A DNA stretch of 64,000 bases from Planctomycetota bacterium (GTDB lineage Bacteria > Planctomycetota > UBA11346): positions 210,232 through 274,231 of the forward strand of contig BJHQ01000006.1 of the NCBI GenBank assembly GCA_014193115.1, given 5' to 3'. Made by a program: the position numbers and the translations under genes. Positions 10,033 to 19,502 of the stretch are shown here, piece after piece. The notes under the pieces were generated by a model, which was not told the origin of the DNA, made no database searches, and saw only the letters and a list, made by a program, of their open reading frames with translations. The stretch's first letter is position 1; each line of letters starts with the position of its first letter.

Positions 10033-12270
10033 ATGCCGGCGCCGACCTCGGTGACAGTGAAACCCAAGCGGCGGTGGTGGCGGTGGATCCTGCTTATCGT
10101 GGCGGTGGGCTCGTTGAGCGGCGGGTATTTTGCCCTGAAAGGATGTGTTGTCGAAGCACCCTGGACGCGGGAATGGTTTGCATCCGTGTACCGTGCACGG
10201 TTGCCTGGCGAGCTCCGCATCGGCCGGATCGAGTGGAGGCAGCCGCTGCTATTCGTGCTGCACGATGTCAGCCTGGGCCGGGAATGGACCCTGCTCGGCG
10301 GCTCCCAGGAACCCCTCGTCACCTGCCAAGAGGTCGGCGTGCATCTCGGCCTGGTCGAAGGCGAGCTGCGGCCGACGACGATCGCCATCCAGGGCATCCG
10401 CCTGCGCCTGGACCGCGACAGCTATCGTTTCCTCAACGAAGTGGTCGATAAAGAGGCGACCTATCCGCCGACCGGCCCGCCCAAGCCGCTGCAAATCGAG
10501 GCCAGCGGCGAAGTCGTGATCGCCAGCGGGCTGGTGCTGTCCGGGGTCCAAGCGCGGATCGACGCCCTGGGTCCGATGATCCGCGGGCCGGTCACCGGCC
10601 GGCTGGGCAATGAATCGTTCCGCCTGGATTTGAGCAGCGAGCGCACCCCCGGCGGCGCCCGGCGCTACACCTATGCCATCGTCCAGGCCAAGGCCGAGCT
10701 GGCGCCGGTGCTCGATGCGGTGGCCCTGCTCGGCATCGTCGGCGAGGTCGGCCCCGAGGTCCGCCGCTGGCTGCCCAAGGTGGTCGATGCCAGCGGATCG
10801 GTCGTGGTCCACGATCCCCAAGCCCGGATCTATGACGGCACGGTGCAGGCCACCTGGACCGAGGCCCCCGGTCAGTTGATCGCCGGAAACGGTTCTGGCC
10901 GGGCCGAGCTGCACATCGATCCGCAGCAGGTGCGGGTGTCGCGGATCGAACTGCGCGACAGCGGTCTGGGCGAGATCGAGCCCGGCGGCAAGGTCACGGT
11001 GGAACGCGGCCCGGACCTGCTGACGGCCGACTGCCGGATCCGCCGACCTGGTTCCCGTCTTCCTATCCCCCGGCAAATCGCCGCCGACGAGGCCGCCAAG
11101 CTGCTCCCCCGCCTCGTCGCCCGGGTGCCGATGGCCAAAGCCACCAGCGAACCGATGGAGCTGCGCCTGTTCGGCAACGTCGGCAGCGAACTGCTGCTGC
11201 GCTGGCCCCGTGGACGGCCCGGGGCGCTGCGCATCGAAGGCAAGGAGCTGCCTTTGGGGCAGGCCCAGGGATTCCTGCCCGAGGGCATGACGGTCGCGGG
11301 TGGCCGGGTCGCCAGCCTGGTGGTGGATGTCGAATCCGGCGGATTGCGCGCCCTCGATCTCGGCGCCAGCCAGGCCCGGCTGGCCTGGCTGGGCTGGACC
11401 CTTGGGCCGACCGACGGCCGCCTGGTGCTGACTCCATGGAAGGATGGAGGATTGTCTTTCATCGTCGATCTGACCGCGCCTGGCCAGGCCGGGCCGCAAT
11501 CGGTCGCCCGGTTCACCTGGGACGGGCGCAGCGAAGCGGTGTCGCTGACCCTGATCAGCCAGGCGGTGGAAGGTCTGATCGCCCGGCTGCACGGACCGAC
11601 CGTGCTGCCCGAGCTGCGCGGCGGGGTGGATCTCAAAATCGCCTTGGCCCAGGCCGAAGCGACTCCAGGCGGGCGCAAATTGTGGCGAGGCGCCATCGAG
11701 CGCTGCCGCGCCACCGGCCTGGCCTTGGGCGACCTGCTGCGCGGCGTCGATCTTGAGGCGCGCGGCGAACTCACTGTGGATGATGAGCGGCTCGGCCTGC
11801 GCGGCGGAGGCCAGTTGAAGGCCGGCGAACTGCTGCTCGGCCAGTGGCGGCCAGCCGCGGCCCAGTTGCCGATCTTCGCCATCACCCTCGAACGTCTGCC
11901 CGGTCGGATCACCCTGAGCGAACTGCTCGCGCGCGCCGCCGGGCCCGGCGGCGAACCCCTGCCCAGCGGCTGGACCGCCCAGCTGGCCGGCACCATCGAC
12001 GATCAGAACCTTTCCGGAACCCTGGATGGCGTGGTCGACCACGTCGAGCTGACCTGGCTGCTCGACCTCGCTGGCATCACCGCCCTGCGCTGCACCGGAC
12101 AAGGCGCCAGCAGCCTGTCCGTGACCCTGGATGGCCTGAAGCCGGTGGCGATCGCTGGTTCCTTCCTGCCCCTGGGCGCGGCGATGGCCGCCGGTCCGCT
12201 GACCGCCAGCGGCATCACCGGCGAGATCCGTTTCCGCTTCGCCCGCGATGCGCCCGAGGCAAAGCCGTGA
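10033..12270 (+). CDS. Large hypothetical membrane-anchored protein (N-terminal TM helix, AsmA-like/beta-rich)
   Basis: MPAPTSVTVKPKRRWWRWILLIVAVGSLSGGYF... is followed by about 700 aa with no recognisable motif. An antisense ORF of similar length is judged to be an artefact. Confidence 0.5.
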   Translation: MPAPTSVTVKPKRRWWRWILLIVAVGSLSGGYFALKGCVVEAPWTREWFASVYRARLPGELRIGRIEWRQPLLFVLHDVSLGREWTLLGGSQEPLVTCQEVGVHLGLVEGELRPTTIAIQGIRLRLDRDSYRFLNEVVDKEATYPPTGPPKPLQIEASGEVVIASGLVLSGVQARIDALGPMIRGPVTGRLGNESFRLDLSSERTPGGARRYTYAIVQAKAELAPVLDAVALLGIVGEVGPEVRRWLPKVVDASGSVVVHDPQARIYDGTVQATWTEAPGQLIAGNGSGRAELHIDPQQVRVSRIELRDSGLGEIEPGGKVTVERGPDLLTADCRIRRPGSRLPIPRQIAADEAAKLLPRLVARVPMAKATSEPMELRLFGNVGSELLLRWPRGRPGALRIEGKELPLGQAQGFLPEGMTVAGGRVASLVVDVESGGLRALDLGASQARLAWLGWTLGPTDGRLVLTPWKDGGLSFIVDLTAPGQAGPQSVARFTWDGRSEAVSLTLISQAVEGLIARLHGPTVLPELRGGVDLKIALAQAEATPGGRKLWRGAIERCRATGLALGDLLRGVDLEARGELTVDDERLGLRGGGQLKAGELLLGQWRPAAAQLPIFAITLERLPGRITLSELLARAAGPGGEPLPSGWTAQLAGTIDDQNLSGTLDGVVDHVELTWLLDLAGITALRCTGQGASSLSVTLDGLKPVAIAGSFLPLGAAMAAGPLTASGITGEIRFRFARDAPEAKP

Positions 12271-12304
12271 GGCTCGCCATGTCATCGAAAACCCTGGAAA
12301 CAAC

Positions 12305-12646
12305 ATGCCCATTATCAATCTCGACTCTCCCACTGCGGTTGATGAACTGCTCCTGCGCGACCGCGCCTGGCTGATGAAGCATTCCAACTCCTGCTCGATC
12401 AGCGGCGAAGCCCTGGCCGAGATCGATCGTTACCTGGGCGAGCATCCCGACGAGGTCCTTGGCCAGGTCGTGGTCCAGACCCATCGGCCGATCTCCAACC
12501 TGATTGCGCAAAAGCTCCACGCGGTTCATCAGACCCCGCAGATTTTCCTGCTGATCGGCGGCAAACCGGTGTGGCAGGCGAGCCATTGGGCCATCACCGC
12601 CGACGCGCTGGCCGCTGCGGCGGCGCGGTTCCCAGCCGCCAGTTGA
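12305..12646 (+). CDS. Thioredoxin-like YtxJ/bacillithiol-system-type small redox protein
   Basis: MPIINLDSPTAVDELL...NSCSISGEAL... carries the characteristic single-Cys C-(P/S)-I-S motif of the YtxJ/DUF2847 family. Confidence 0.65.
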   Translation: MPIINLDSPTAVDELLLRDRAWLMKHSNSCSISGEALAEIDRYLGEHPDEVLGQVVVQTHRPISNLIAQKLHAVHQTPQIFLLIGGKPVWQASHWAITADALAAAAARFPAAS

Positions 12647-12649
12647 GCA

Positions 12650-13135
12650 ATCAACCAACCGATGGTCGTCGGTGAGGCATCCCGTTGATGGAACCATTTT
12701 CCCGAGACCGGCCGCACGGAGTGCGGCGCTCCGAGTTGCGCGATTCCCGGAGCACACGGAGCGCCGCACTCCGTGCGGCCCGCATCTCCCTTGGCGTTCG
12801 GCCAACCGATGGTCGTCGGCAAAGCATCCCGGTGGTCGTCGGCGAAGCTTCCCGTTGATGGAATAGTTTTTCCGAGACCGGCCGCACGGAGTGCGGCGCT
12901 CCGAGCTGCGCGATTCCCGGAACACACGGAGCGCCGCACTCTGTGCGGCCCGTATTTCCCTTGGCGTTCGGCCAACCGATGGTCGTCGGCGAAGCGCCCC
13001 GTTGATTGAATAGTTTTTCCGAGACCAGCCGCACGGAGTGCGGCGCTCCGAGTTGCGCGATTCCCGGAGCACACGGAGCGCCGCACTCCGTGCGGCCCGC
13101 ATCTCCCATGCTTTGGCGTCTTGGCGGTTCCCAGG
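12650..13135. repeat. REP/BIME-like palindromic repeat array, about 3 units of 148-170 bp
   Basis: Units contain GCCGCACGGAGTGCGGCGCTCCG and its reverse complement CGGAGCGCCGCACTCCGTGCGGC. Same family as the 24300-25960 array. Confidence 0.75.
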
Positions 13136-13149
13136 CTGCGTCCTCGGAA

Positions 13150-13725
13150 TCAACCGCGCAGGCGGTCCCAGTCCTCGGGCGTATCGACATCGCGGAGCAG
13201 CGGTCCGAGCCAGACCGGCGCCGTCACGATCGACAGGTCCGCCTCTTCGACGACTTTGTGCAGGGCGAGCTTCCCAGCTTCCAGTGCCGCTTGCACCGCC
13301 GGTCGGCTGCGCCTCCGCCACACCGCGAACAACGGCTGGACCACCCCATCGCACCTGACTGCGACCCCGGGCGACGACGGATGGAGGGCAGCGGCGGCGA
13401 GCAGCCAGTCGATCGCCGACAGATCGAGCCGGGGCAGGTCGCAGCTGACCGCCAGCACGACCGGGAACCGCTCTAAGGCAGCCGCCAATCCTCCCAGCGG
13501 ACCGCGTCCGGGCAGGGCATCCTCCAGGAAGGTCGTCGGCGGGCCGCGCCATGGTTCCGGTTGGCCCCGCCCGACCACTGCGACTCGCAGCCCGGCCGAG
13601 CGGCCGAGTTCAGCAAGCTGCTCCAACAGGGTCAGGCCACCGACCTTGAGCAAGGCCTTGTCGGAACCGAACCGGCGACTGCCGCCTCCGGCGAGAATGG
13701 CGAGAACGGGCTTTCCCGATGACAT
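13150..13725 (-). CDS. mobA: Molybdenum cofactor guanylyltransferase
   Basis: MSSGKPVLAILAGGGSRRFGSDKALL... is the MobA nucleotide-binding signature. An AGGAGG Shine-Dalgarno lies 8 nt upstream. Confidence 0.8.
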   Translation of the reverse strand: MSSGKPVLAILAGGGSRRFGSDKALLKVGGLTLLEQLAELGRSAGLRVAVVGRGQPEPWRGPPTTFLEDALPGRGPLGGLAAALERFPVVLAVSCDLPRLDLSAIDWLLAAAALHPSSPGVAVRCDGVVQPLFAVWRRRSRPAVQAALEAGKLALHKVVEEADLSIVTAPVWLGPLLRDVDTPEDWDRLRG

Positions 13726-13751
13726 TGGTTGTCCTCCTGTGCTGCCTGAGG

Positions 13752-14120
13752 TTAGCCGATGTCCTTGGCGATGAAATATCCCAGGACAGCGAGATGGAAA
13801 AGGATGAGCACCACCTGGATACCCATAGCCCAGCGGAAATCCGTTGGGGAATCCTGGGCATTCACCCACCGTCCGCGAGAACGCGCGGTCAGCAGCACGG
13901 TTTCCTTGAACACGATTCCGCTCACAAGCATCGCCACGAACACCGCCATCGAGACCGCAGCGATCAAGGCGACGACCGCAAGTCCGCCCTTGCCATACCC
14001 GAGATACAGGGCGGCCCAGCACGCGAATCCCAGGGCGATTCCAAAGAAAATGATGGGAACGATGACCGTGTTGCGCTGCGCTGACGTGCACCGGGTTCCG
14101 GGAAGGCGCTCGTCGATCAC
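13752..14120 (-). CDS. Small integral membrane protein (about 122 aa, 3 TM), probable GTG start coupled to the fucosidase stop
   Basis: Strongly hydrophobic segments: VIVPIIFFGIALGFACWAALYL, LAVVALIAAVSMAVFVAMLV and IQVVLILFHLAVLGYFIA. There is no in-frame ATG upstream of the first TM; a GTG sits 6 nt after the fucosidase TGA. Confidence 0.4.
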   Translation of the reverse strand: MIDERLPGTRCTSAQRNTVIVPIIFFGIALGFACWAALYLGYGKGGLAVVALIAAVSMAVFVAMLVSGIVFKETVLLTARSRGRWVNAQDSPTDFRWAMGIQVVLILFHLAVLGYFIAKDIG

Positions 14121-14125
14121 GCGGC

Positions 14126-15442
14126 TCAGCCCGCGGTCTCGATCACCGCGATCCGCCACACCAGCTGGCTGCCATAGGGAAATGGCGTCGCCTGCCAGGT
14201 CAGCCAGTCCTTGGCTCGGTCCTGGGTGAACGCCAGGTCGATCTCGGGCTGATCGGCCCAGGCAATGCGCTTCACCGCCGGCAACGTTCCGGCGATGGTC
14301 TTCAGTCCGGCGCCGCTGTCGCCTTCCAGCAGATGGCTGTTGCCGTGGATCGGCAGGTTGTGGCACCAGTAATAATAGGTGGAGCCATCCTGGACGATGA
14401 AGTCCTGGCCCCGGCCGACCAGATCGGTGGGCCGGGCATCGTACAGCGCCGCCGGGCAGATCGCCGCCCAGCGGCCGACCAGCTTGAGCAGCTCGGCGTC
14501 ATAGCCGGGCAGCCCGCCTTGGGCGGTCGGACCGACATTCAGCAGGTAATTCGCTCCGAACCGGCGGCACGAGGCCAGGCGATCGATGATCTGGGCCGGG
14601 CTCTTGTGGGACAGGTCGCGGGCGCCGATGCCCCAATGGCTGTTGATCGTGTCGCACATCTCCGCGGCCAACCACTTGGGCTTGCCGGCGCGGTTCGGCC
14701 GGGTCGGTCGGCCTTGTTCGAAGGTGCGCACGTCGACCTCGGGATGGCCTTCGGCGCCGAGGGCTCCGGTCGAGGAATTGTTGACGATGATCGCCTCGGG
14801 CTGGTGGCGGCGGATCAGCGCGTACAGGTCGCTTTCCTTCCAGTCGCGATCCTTGCGCGCCCAGTTGCCGTCGAACCACAGGCCATCAACCCGGCCATAG
14901 CGGGTGCAGAGCAGCTCCACCGAGCGGTTCAGGTAGTCGAGATAATCCTGCCAGCGTCCTGGCGCATCGAAGTCCGGATGCCACCAGTCGAGAGTCGTGT
15001 GATAGAAGAACTTGCCCATGCCGGCGGCGTCGCAGGCGTCGCTGAACTCCCGCACCAGATCGCGCTTGGCGGCGCTGTGCGGCGCATCCCACTGGTTCAG
15101 GCCGCGGGTATCGTACAGGCTGAAACCCTCGTGGTGCCGGGTGGTCAGGCAGACGTAGCGCATCCCCGCCGCCTTGGCCGCGCCGACCAGGGCGGTCGCA
15201 TCGAACTCGGCCGCAGTGAAGGAATCCTTCAGTTTCGCGTAGTCGGCGCGCACCTGCTGGTGATAGGTCCACACCCACTCGCCCTGGCCGAGCTGGGAAT
15301 ACAGCCCCCAGTGGACGAACATCCCGAAGGCCCGGCGCTCGAAGGCGCTGATCCGGGGCAAGGGGACAGGGACGGGGAGGTTGGAAGGTGCGGCGGCCAT
15401 GGTCGGTGGGCTTGTAAAGCCGGAAATCAGCAGGGATAGCAT
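14126..15442 (-). CDS. Alpha-L-fucosidase (GH29)
   Basis: FGMFVHWGLYSQLGQGEWVW...AAGMRYVCLTTRHHEGFSLYDT...WWHPDFD... shows the GH29 N-terminal catalytic-region motifs. Confidence 0.85.
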   Translation of the reverse strand: MLSLLISGFTSPPTMAAAPSNLPVPVPLPRISAFERRAFGMFVHWGLYSQLGQGEWVWTYHQQVRADYAKLKDSFTAAEFDATALVGAAKAAGMRYVCLTTRHHEGFSLYDTRGLNQWDAPHSAAKRDLVREFSDACDAAGMGKFFYHTTLDWWHPDFDAPGRWQDYLDYLNRSVELLCTRYGRVDGLWFDGNWARKDRDWKESDLYALIRRHQPEAIIVNNSSTGALGAEGHPEVDVRTFEQGRPTRPNRAGKPKWLAAEMCDTINSHWGIGARDLSHKSPAQIIDRLASCRRFGANYLLNVGPTAQGGLPGYDAELLKLVGRWAAICPAALYDARPTDLVGRGQDFIVQDGSTYYYWCHNLPIHGNSHLLEGDSGAGLKTIAGTLPAVKRIAWADQPEIDLAFTQDRAKDWLTWQATPFPYGSQLVWRIAVIETAG

Positions 15443-15530
15443 CCGCGCAGACTGGTGCAGCAGGCTGGGCGCCACTCCGGATGGTGAGACAGGCGAGCAC
15501 CAGCTCGCCCGGATGGTCGCGTCGGCCCGC

Positions 15531-16061
15531 TCAGTTGACGCTGGGCTGATCGGGGCGGGCATCGCCATCGATCAGGAAGCGCCACAGGTTCTGCGATGGG
15601 CGTTGGCTGAGCAGGATCGCAGGATCGCCGTGACGGACCAGCCACGATCCTTCCGCCAGTTCGCCGTCGAGCTGGCCCGGACCCCAACCGCTGTGGCCGA
15701 GGAACAGCCGCGGGCCGAAGCGGTCCGGTCCATCGGGCCAGCGGTCGGTCAACGATTTCAATTCCCCGCCGGCGGAGACGTGCTCGGACATCCGCTGGCT
15801 GCCGGGCAGATCGACAGCGCCATGAAGCAGCAGGCCCTTGGTCGGCGAGACCGGTCCGCCCTGGGCAGCGACCCGGTGATCGGCCAGGCCGAGCGGAGCG
15901 TCGTCCCAGATCGCGTCGAGCGGCACGTCGAGCGGCCGGTTGACGATCAGGCCAAGGGACCCGTGCTCGCCATGCTCGATCAGATAGACCACGCTGTGCG
16001 AGAAATTGGGATCGGTGAGCCGGGGGCTGGCGATCAGCAGCAGTCCGGACGCGGGTTGCAT
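15531..16061 (-). CDS. YqgE/AlgH-family protein (UPF0301/DUF179)
   Basis: MQPASGLLLIASPRLTDPNFSHSVVYLIEHGEHGSLGLIVNRPL is the family N-terminal signature. Confidence 0.75.
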   Translation of the reverse strand: MQPASGLLLIASPRLTDPNFSHSVVYLIEHGEHGSLGLIVNRPLDVPLDAIWDDAPLGLADHRVAAQGGPVSPTKGLLLHGAVDLPGSQRMSEHVSAGGELKSLTDRWPDGPDRFGPRLFLGHSGWGPGQLDGELAEGSWLVRHGDPAILLSQRPSQNLWRFLIDGDARPDQPSVN

Positions 16062-16104
16062 GGCGGCAACCTGCGGATCGGTGGTGGAACGGAAGCGTCG
16101 ACCG

Positions 16105-17091
16105 TCAGGCCGGTTGACTCGCCCGGTCATCAGCCCGGCGATCGAGATCAGCCAGGATGATCGCAGCATCTGGGCAGCGCAGCAGCTGCTGCCGGCCATC
16201 CGGGTCGTCCCGGAACAGGTCGCCGGCACGCAGGTACTTCACCCATTGCTTGAGCTTGCTCAGGGCTCGGGCGTGGCCAGCAGTGGCTGTGCCCTGCCCA
16301 GCGTCGGTCGCCACCGCCACGTGATAGGCCCGGGCGAAAGCGGCCACTTCCGCCGGAGTCGCTGGCGGTCCGCCGGCAATCTGGCGGAAGATCCACGGAT
16401 CGGCCAGCGCGGCCCGGCCGACCATGACCAGATCGCAGCCGGTTTCAGCGCGCATCCGGGTGGCATCCGCGGCGCATTCTATCGATCCGTTGCCGCACAC
16501 CGCCACGCCGAGGGGGCGCAGCGCCGCCACCGCCCGGGCGATCCACGCCCAGGTCGCGGGTTCGGCGTAGCTCTGCCGGCGCAGACGGCCGTGGATCGTG
16601 ACCAGGGCGGCGCCGGCCTCGGCGGCGGCCAGGACGCAGTCTTCGAGGCGGGCCGGATCGTTGATGCCGGCGCGGACCTTCGCGCTGACCGGCAGCGCCG
16701 TGCCGCTCCGCGCGGCGCGGACGATGGCGGCCAGGCGGCCGGGATCGGCGAGCAGGGCGCTGCCGGCGCAGTGGCCGAAGACCGTCGGCGCGGGGCAGCC
16801 GAAATTGAGATCGATCCAGCTGGCGCCGGCGGCGGTGGAGTTGGCCGCCGACGCCGCGACGTGGGTCGGCTCGGCCGCCATCAACTGGGCAGCGACGGGA
16901 ACGCCGGGAACCGACTCGCCGAGCTCACGGGCGATCACCCGGCGCGGCACCGGCGCCACCGTCACCCGGATGAATTCGGTGCAGGCCCCGCCGACGCCGC
17001 CCAGCCCGCAGACCAGCCTGCGGAAGACGCGGTCGGTGATGCCCTCCATCGGGGCCAGCAGCAGCGGCGTCTGGAAACGATCGAGCAGCAT
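16105..17091 (-). CDS. tRNA-dihydrouridine synthase (Dus family)
   Basis: MLLDRFQTPLLLAPMEGITDRVFRRL...IDLNFGCP...GNGSI... is the Dus FMN-binding TIM-barrel signature. Confidence 0.85.
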   Translation of the reverse strand: MLLDRFQTPLLLAPMEGITDRVFRRLVCGLGGVGGACTEFIRVTVAPVPRRVIARELGESVPGVPVAAQLMAAEPTHVAASAANSTAAGASWIDLNFGCPAPTVFGHCAGSALLADPGRLAAIVRAARSGTALPVSAKVRAGINDPARLEDCVLAAAEAGAALVTIHGRLRRQSYAEPATWAWIARAVAALRPLGVAVCGNGSIECAADATRMRAETGCDLVMVGRAALADPWIFRQIAGGPPATPAEVAAFARAYHVAVATDAGQGTATAGHARALSKLKQWVKYLRAGDLFRDDPDGRQQLLRCPDAAIILADLDRRADDRASQPA

Positions 17092-17187
17092 CAGAGCGGC
17101 ATGATCCAGGGTGATCCATTCGCGCCGGGTGGTCCTTTGGAGCGCAGGGAATCCTCGCCGTTGTCGGGACGAACCAGGGCGGCGATC

Positions 17188-17850
17188 CTAGTCGGCATCG
17201 CCGAGGGGCAGGAAACCGGCTCGGCCGTCAACCAGGTGTACCGCGATCCGACCGGCCCAGGGTTCTCCGGGCAGCAGTTCTATGACCGTGCCCGCAGCCA
17301 GCGGCGCCACCGGCGCTCCAGTGGCATCGAGCAGCTGGGTGTCGCGCAACGTCGCGCGGTGCGGGTCGTCGTGGTCGCGCCAGGCCGCGACCTGGCCTGG
17401 CGCCATGGCCAGCAACGCGACCGAGCCGGCCACCAGCCACCAACCTGAGCGCCGACGAGCGGTGATGAAGCCGCCAAGGGCCGATCCGGCAATGACCGCC
17501 AGCACCACCGCGACCCAGCCGGAACCGGGCGCGGCCAAGGGACCGAGCCGGTCGGTCCACAGGATCGGCTGGTCGATCCCGAGCACGGCCAGGGTCGCTT
17601 TCGGCTCAGGCCGTTCGGGAGCCGCGCGCCGGGCGGCCAGCAGGCAGGCCGCTGCCCGGCCGCGTTCGCCAGCGGCTGCGGCGCACAGACCGGCGTCGTA
17701 CCACTGGTTCCAGGCGTGGCCGGTCCGGGCGGTGGCGAGCAGCACGGGCAGGGCTTCGACCGGACGACCCTGGGCCCAGGCGGCGTCCTCGGCGGCTGGC
17801 AGGGTCAAGACGATGGCGAACAGCAGCGCCGCGGAGACCAGCCTGATCAT
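17188..17850 (-). CDS. BatE-like protein (signal peptide, TM segment, C-terminal SH3b-like domain)
   Basis: N-terminal MIRLVSAALLFAIVLTLPAAEDAA, a central hydrophobic span, and a C-terminal beta-rich tail. It sits at the batE position at the operon end; start overlaps the batD stop. Confidence 0.5.
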   Translation of the reverse strand: MIRLVSAALLFAIVLTLPAAEDAAWAQGRPVEALPVLLATARTGHAWNQWYDAGLCAAAAGERGRAAACLLAARRAAPERPEPKATLAVLGIDQPILWTDRLGPLAAPGSGWVAVVLAVIAGSALGGFITARRRSGWWLVAGSVALLAMAPGQVAAWRDHDDPHRATLRDTQLLDATGAPVAPLAAGTVIELLPGEPWAGRIAVHLVDGRAGFLPLGDAD

Positions 17851-19502
17851 GCCAGGTCTCCAAAAGACCGGCAGCGGGCGACCAGGTCGGGTGGCGCCGG
17901 TTCGCCACCAAACCGGCAGCGTTCCACCACCGCATCAAGGCTGGCGAGCGCACTGCGCTGATCCTCTGACAGGGTGGCGCCGCGCAGGGCATGGAGCGCG
18001 GCGGCGACGCCGGCCAAGTCGGCTCGCTCGGCCGCGGCCAACAGGTCACGGCCGCGATGACGGGCCGCGGCCGGGCGGGTCAGCCAGCGCTGCACCAGAC
18101 CGAGGACGCCGCCCAACACCAGCGATCCGAGCAGCGCGCTGAGCGCCAGCCACGACGGCGGACGGCTCGGAGCGGCCTCGCGCAGGGGCGGGGGCAAGGT
18201 GGCGGCCACGGCCGCCTGGGGCGCGGGCTCGGCGCCGAGCTGCAGACTGCCGCCTCCGGTCAACGTCCGCGCCCGACCGGGCAGCACGGTCAAGGTCAAT
18301 TCGTTGGTGGCGGTGCGGCGATAGGTGCGGGTGGCGGGATCGAACCACGGGAAGCTGAATCCGGGCAGGCGATAGTCGCCCGGCGCGGTCGGGACCAGAT
18401 CCCATTTGAAGGTGCGGTTGTTCGCTGCGTCCTCGCTCGGACGCGGATAGGCCTGGACGCCGGGCGGCGGCGCCAGCTTGGGTGCGCGGAGCAGGTCGAG
18501 CTGGCGGCCGGTGACGGTGAGCAGCAGCTGGGCGCCCTCGCCGGCCGGAATGCGGTCGCGATCGAGCCGGATCTCGGCCCGCAGCTCGCCGACCAGGCCG
18601 GTGAAATCCTCGGGGCGGCCTTCGGCGGGCAGGGCGGCGACGGTGATGCTGGCCGGGCGGATCGGCAGCTGCCGACGCACCGCCTGCTGCCGGCCGAAGA
18701 AATCGGCGCGGCCGGTGGCGACCAGGATGCCCTGCTGGCCCTGGACGGTGAAGGTCCCTGGCGTGGTGACCGCGATCGGCCAGCGCCAGGTCTGGACGAA
18801 CCAGTCGGCGCCATCGGCGCCGACGGTGGTCGACGTGGTCGAGGCCACCTCGCCCAGGCTCACCGCCTCAGGAGGCGGCGCGATGCCCGGAGTGAGTTCC
18901 TGATTCGACCGCACCTGGACCCGCAGGACCAGGGCCGCCGGTTGCCCGGGCACCACCGTGTTCGGCTCGAAGAACGCCTCGACCAAGCCATCGCCTTGCA
19001 GCCGCGGGTCCGGCTTGCTGACCGTCACCGTGACCGGCGCGGTAGTCAGCTTGCCGCCCGATTTCAGGTGCAGGGTGATTTCGGGCATGGTCAGCGGACC
19101 AGGCTCGCGGTTGCACGTGATCGGCACCGCTATTTTGCTGCTGTCGCTGCGCACCCCGTTGATGATCGTAGTCTGGCTGCCCCGGGCCTGGGGCTCGCCC
19201 CAGGTCACGCCGTCGACGTTTGGCAGAGTCAGGCGGACGACCGGACTGCCGGGATCGCGGACGGTGATCGACGCCGCCTGTTCGACGCCGACGGCCAGGG
19301 GATCGGGCAGGGTCAGGGTCGCGTCGCCGGCACTGGCCGAAGCCAGACAGAGCCACACCAACAGGCTTGGGAGGGTCACGATCCAGCGCGACGAGCATTC
19401 GAGGCGATCACTGAAGCGGAAAAGACATTTTGGTCGAGCTGGGGCTCGACCCTCCGAGAGAGACACTGGACGGTCGTCGATCGCAGGCTGAGGGATCACC
19501 AC
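17847..19502 (-). CDS. batD: BatD-like oxygen-tolerance protein
   Basis: Signal-peptide-like LLVWLCLASASAGDA, a long beta-rich extracytoplasmic region, and a C-terminal TM (SWLALSALLGSLVLGGVLGLV) followed by a cytoplasmic tail. This is the BatD architecture and position. The exact start is uncertain. Confidence 0.65.
   Translation of the reverse strand: MVIPQPAIDDRPVSLSEGRAPARPKCLFRFSDRLECSSRWIVTLPSLLVWLCLASASAGDATLTLPDPLAVGVEQAASITVRDPGSPVVRLTLPNVDGVTWGEPQARGSQTTIINGVRSDSSKIAVPITCNREPGPLTMPEITLHLKSGGKLTTAPVTVTVSKPDPRLQGDGLVEAFFEPNTVVPGQPAALVLRVQVRSNQELTPGIAPPPEAVSLGEVASTTSTTVGADGADWFVQTWRWPIAVTTPGTFTVQGQQGILVATGRADFFGRQQAVRRQLPIRPASITVAALPAEGRPEDFTGLVGELRAEIRLDRDRIPAGEGAQLLLTVTGRQLDLLRAPKLAPPPGVQAYPRPSEDAANNRTFKWDLVPTAPGDYRLPGFSFPWFDPATRTYRRTATNELTLTVLPGRARTLTGGGSLQLGAEPAPQAAVAATLPPPLREAAPSRPPSWLALSALLGSLVLGGVLGLVQRWLTRPAAARHRGRDLLAAAERADLAGVAAALHALRGATLSEDQRSALASLDAVVERCRFGGEPAPPDLVARCRSFGDLA

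Noticed and set aside
9300-10397. 365-aa minus ORF and 266-aa plus ORF overlapping dapF
   Set aside because: Alternative frames or antisense of dapF and the divergent promoter region; low-complexity R/P/G-rich translations.
10249-12387. 712-aa ORF antisense to the 745-aa membrane protein
   Set aside because: Two mutually exclusive long ORFs. The plus-strand one has a credible N-terminal TM anchor and ordinary amino-acid composition; the minus one is Gly/Ala/Arg/Asp-rich with no features.
12215-13552. 445-aa minus ORF spanning the REP locus
   Set aside because: Reads through the REP units; the only real coding part in this area is mobA (13150-13725) in a different frame.
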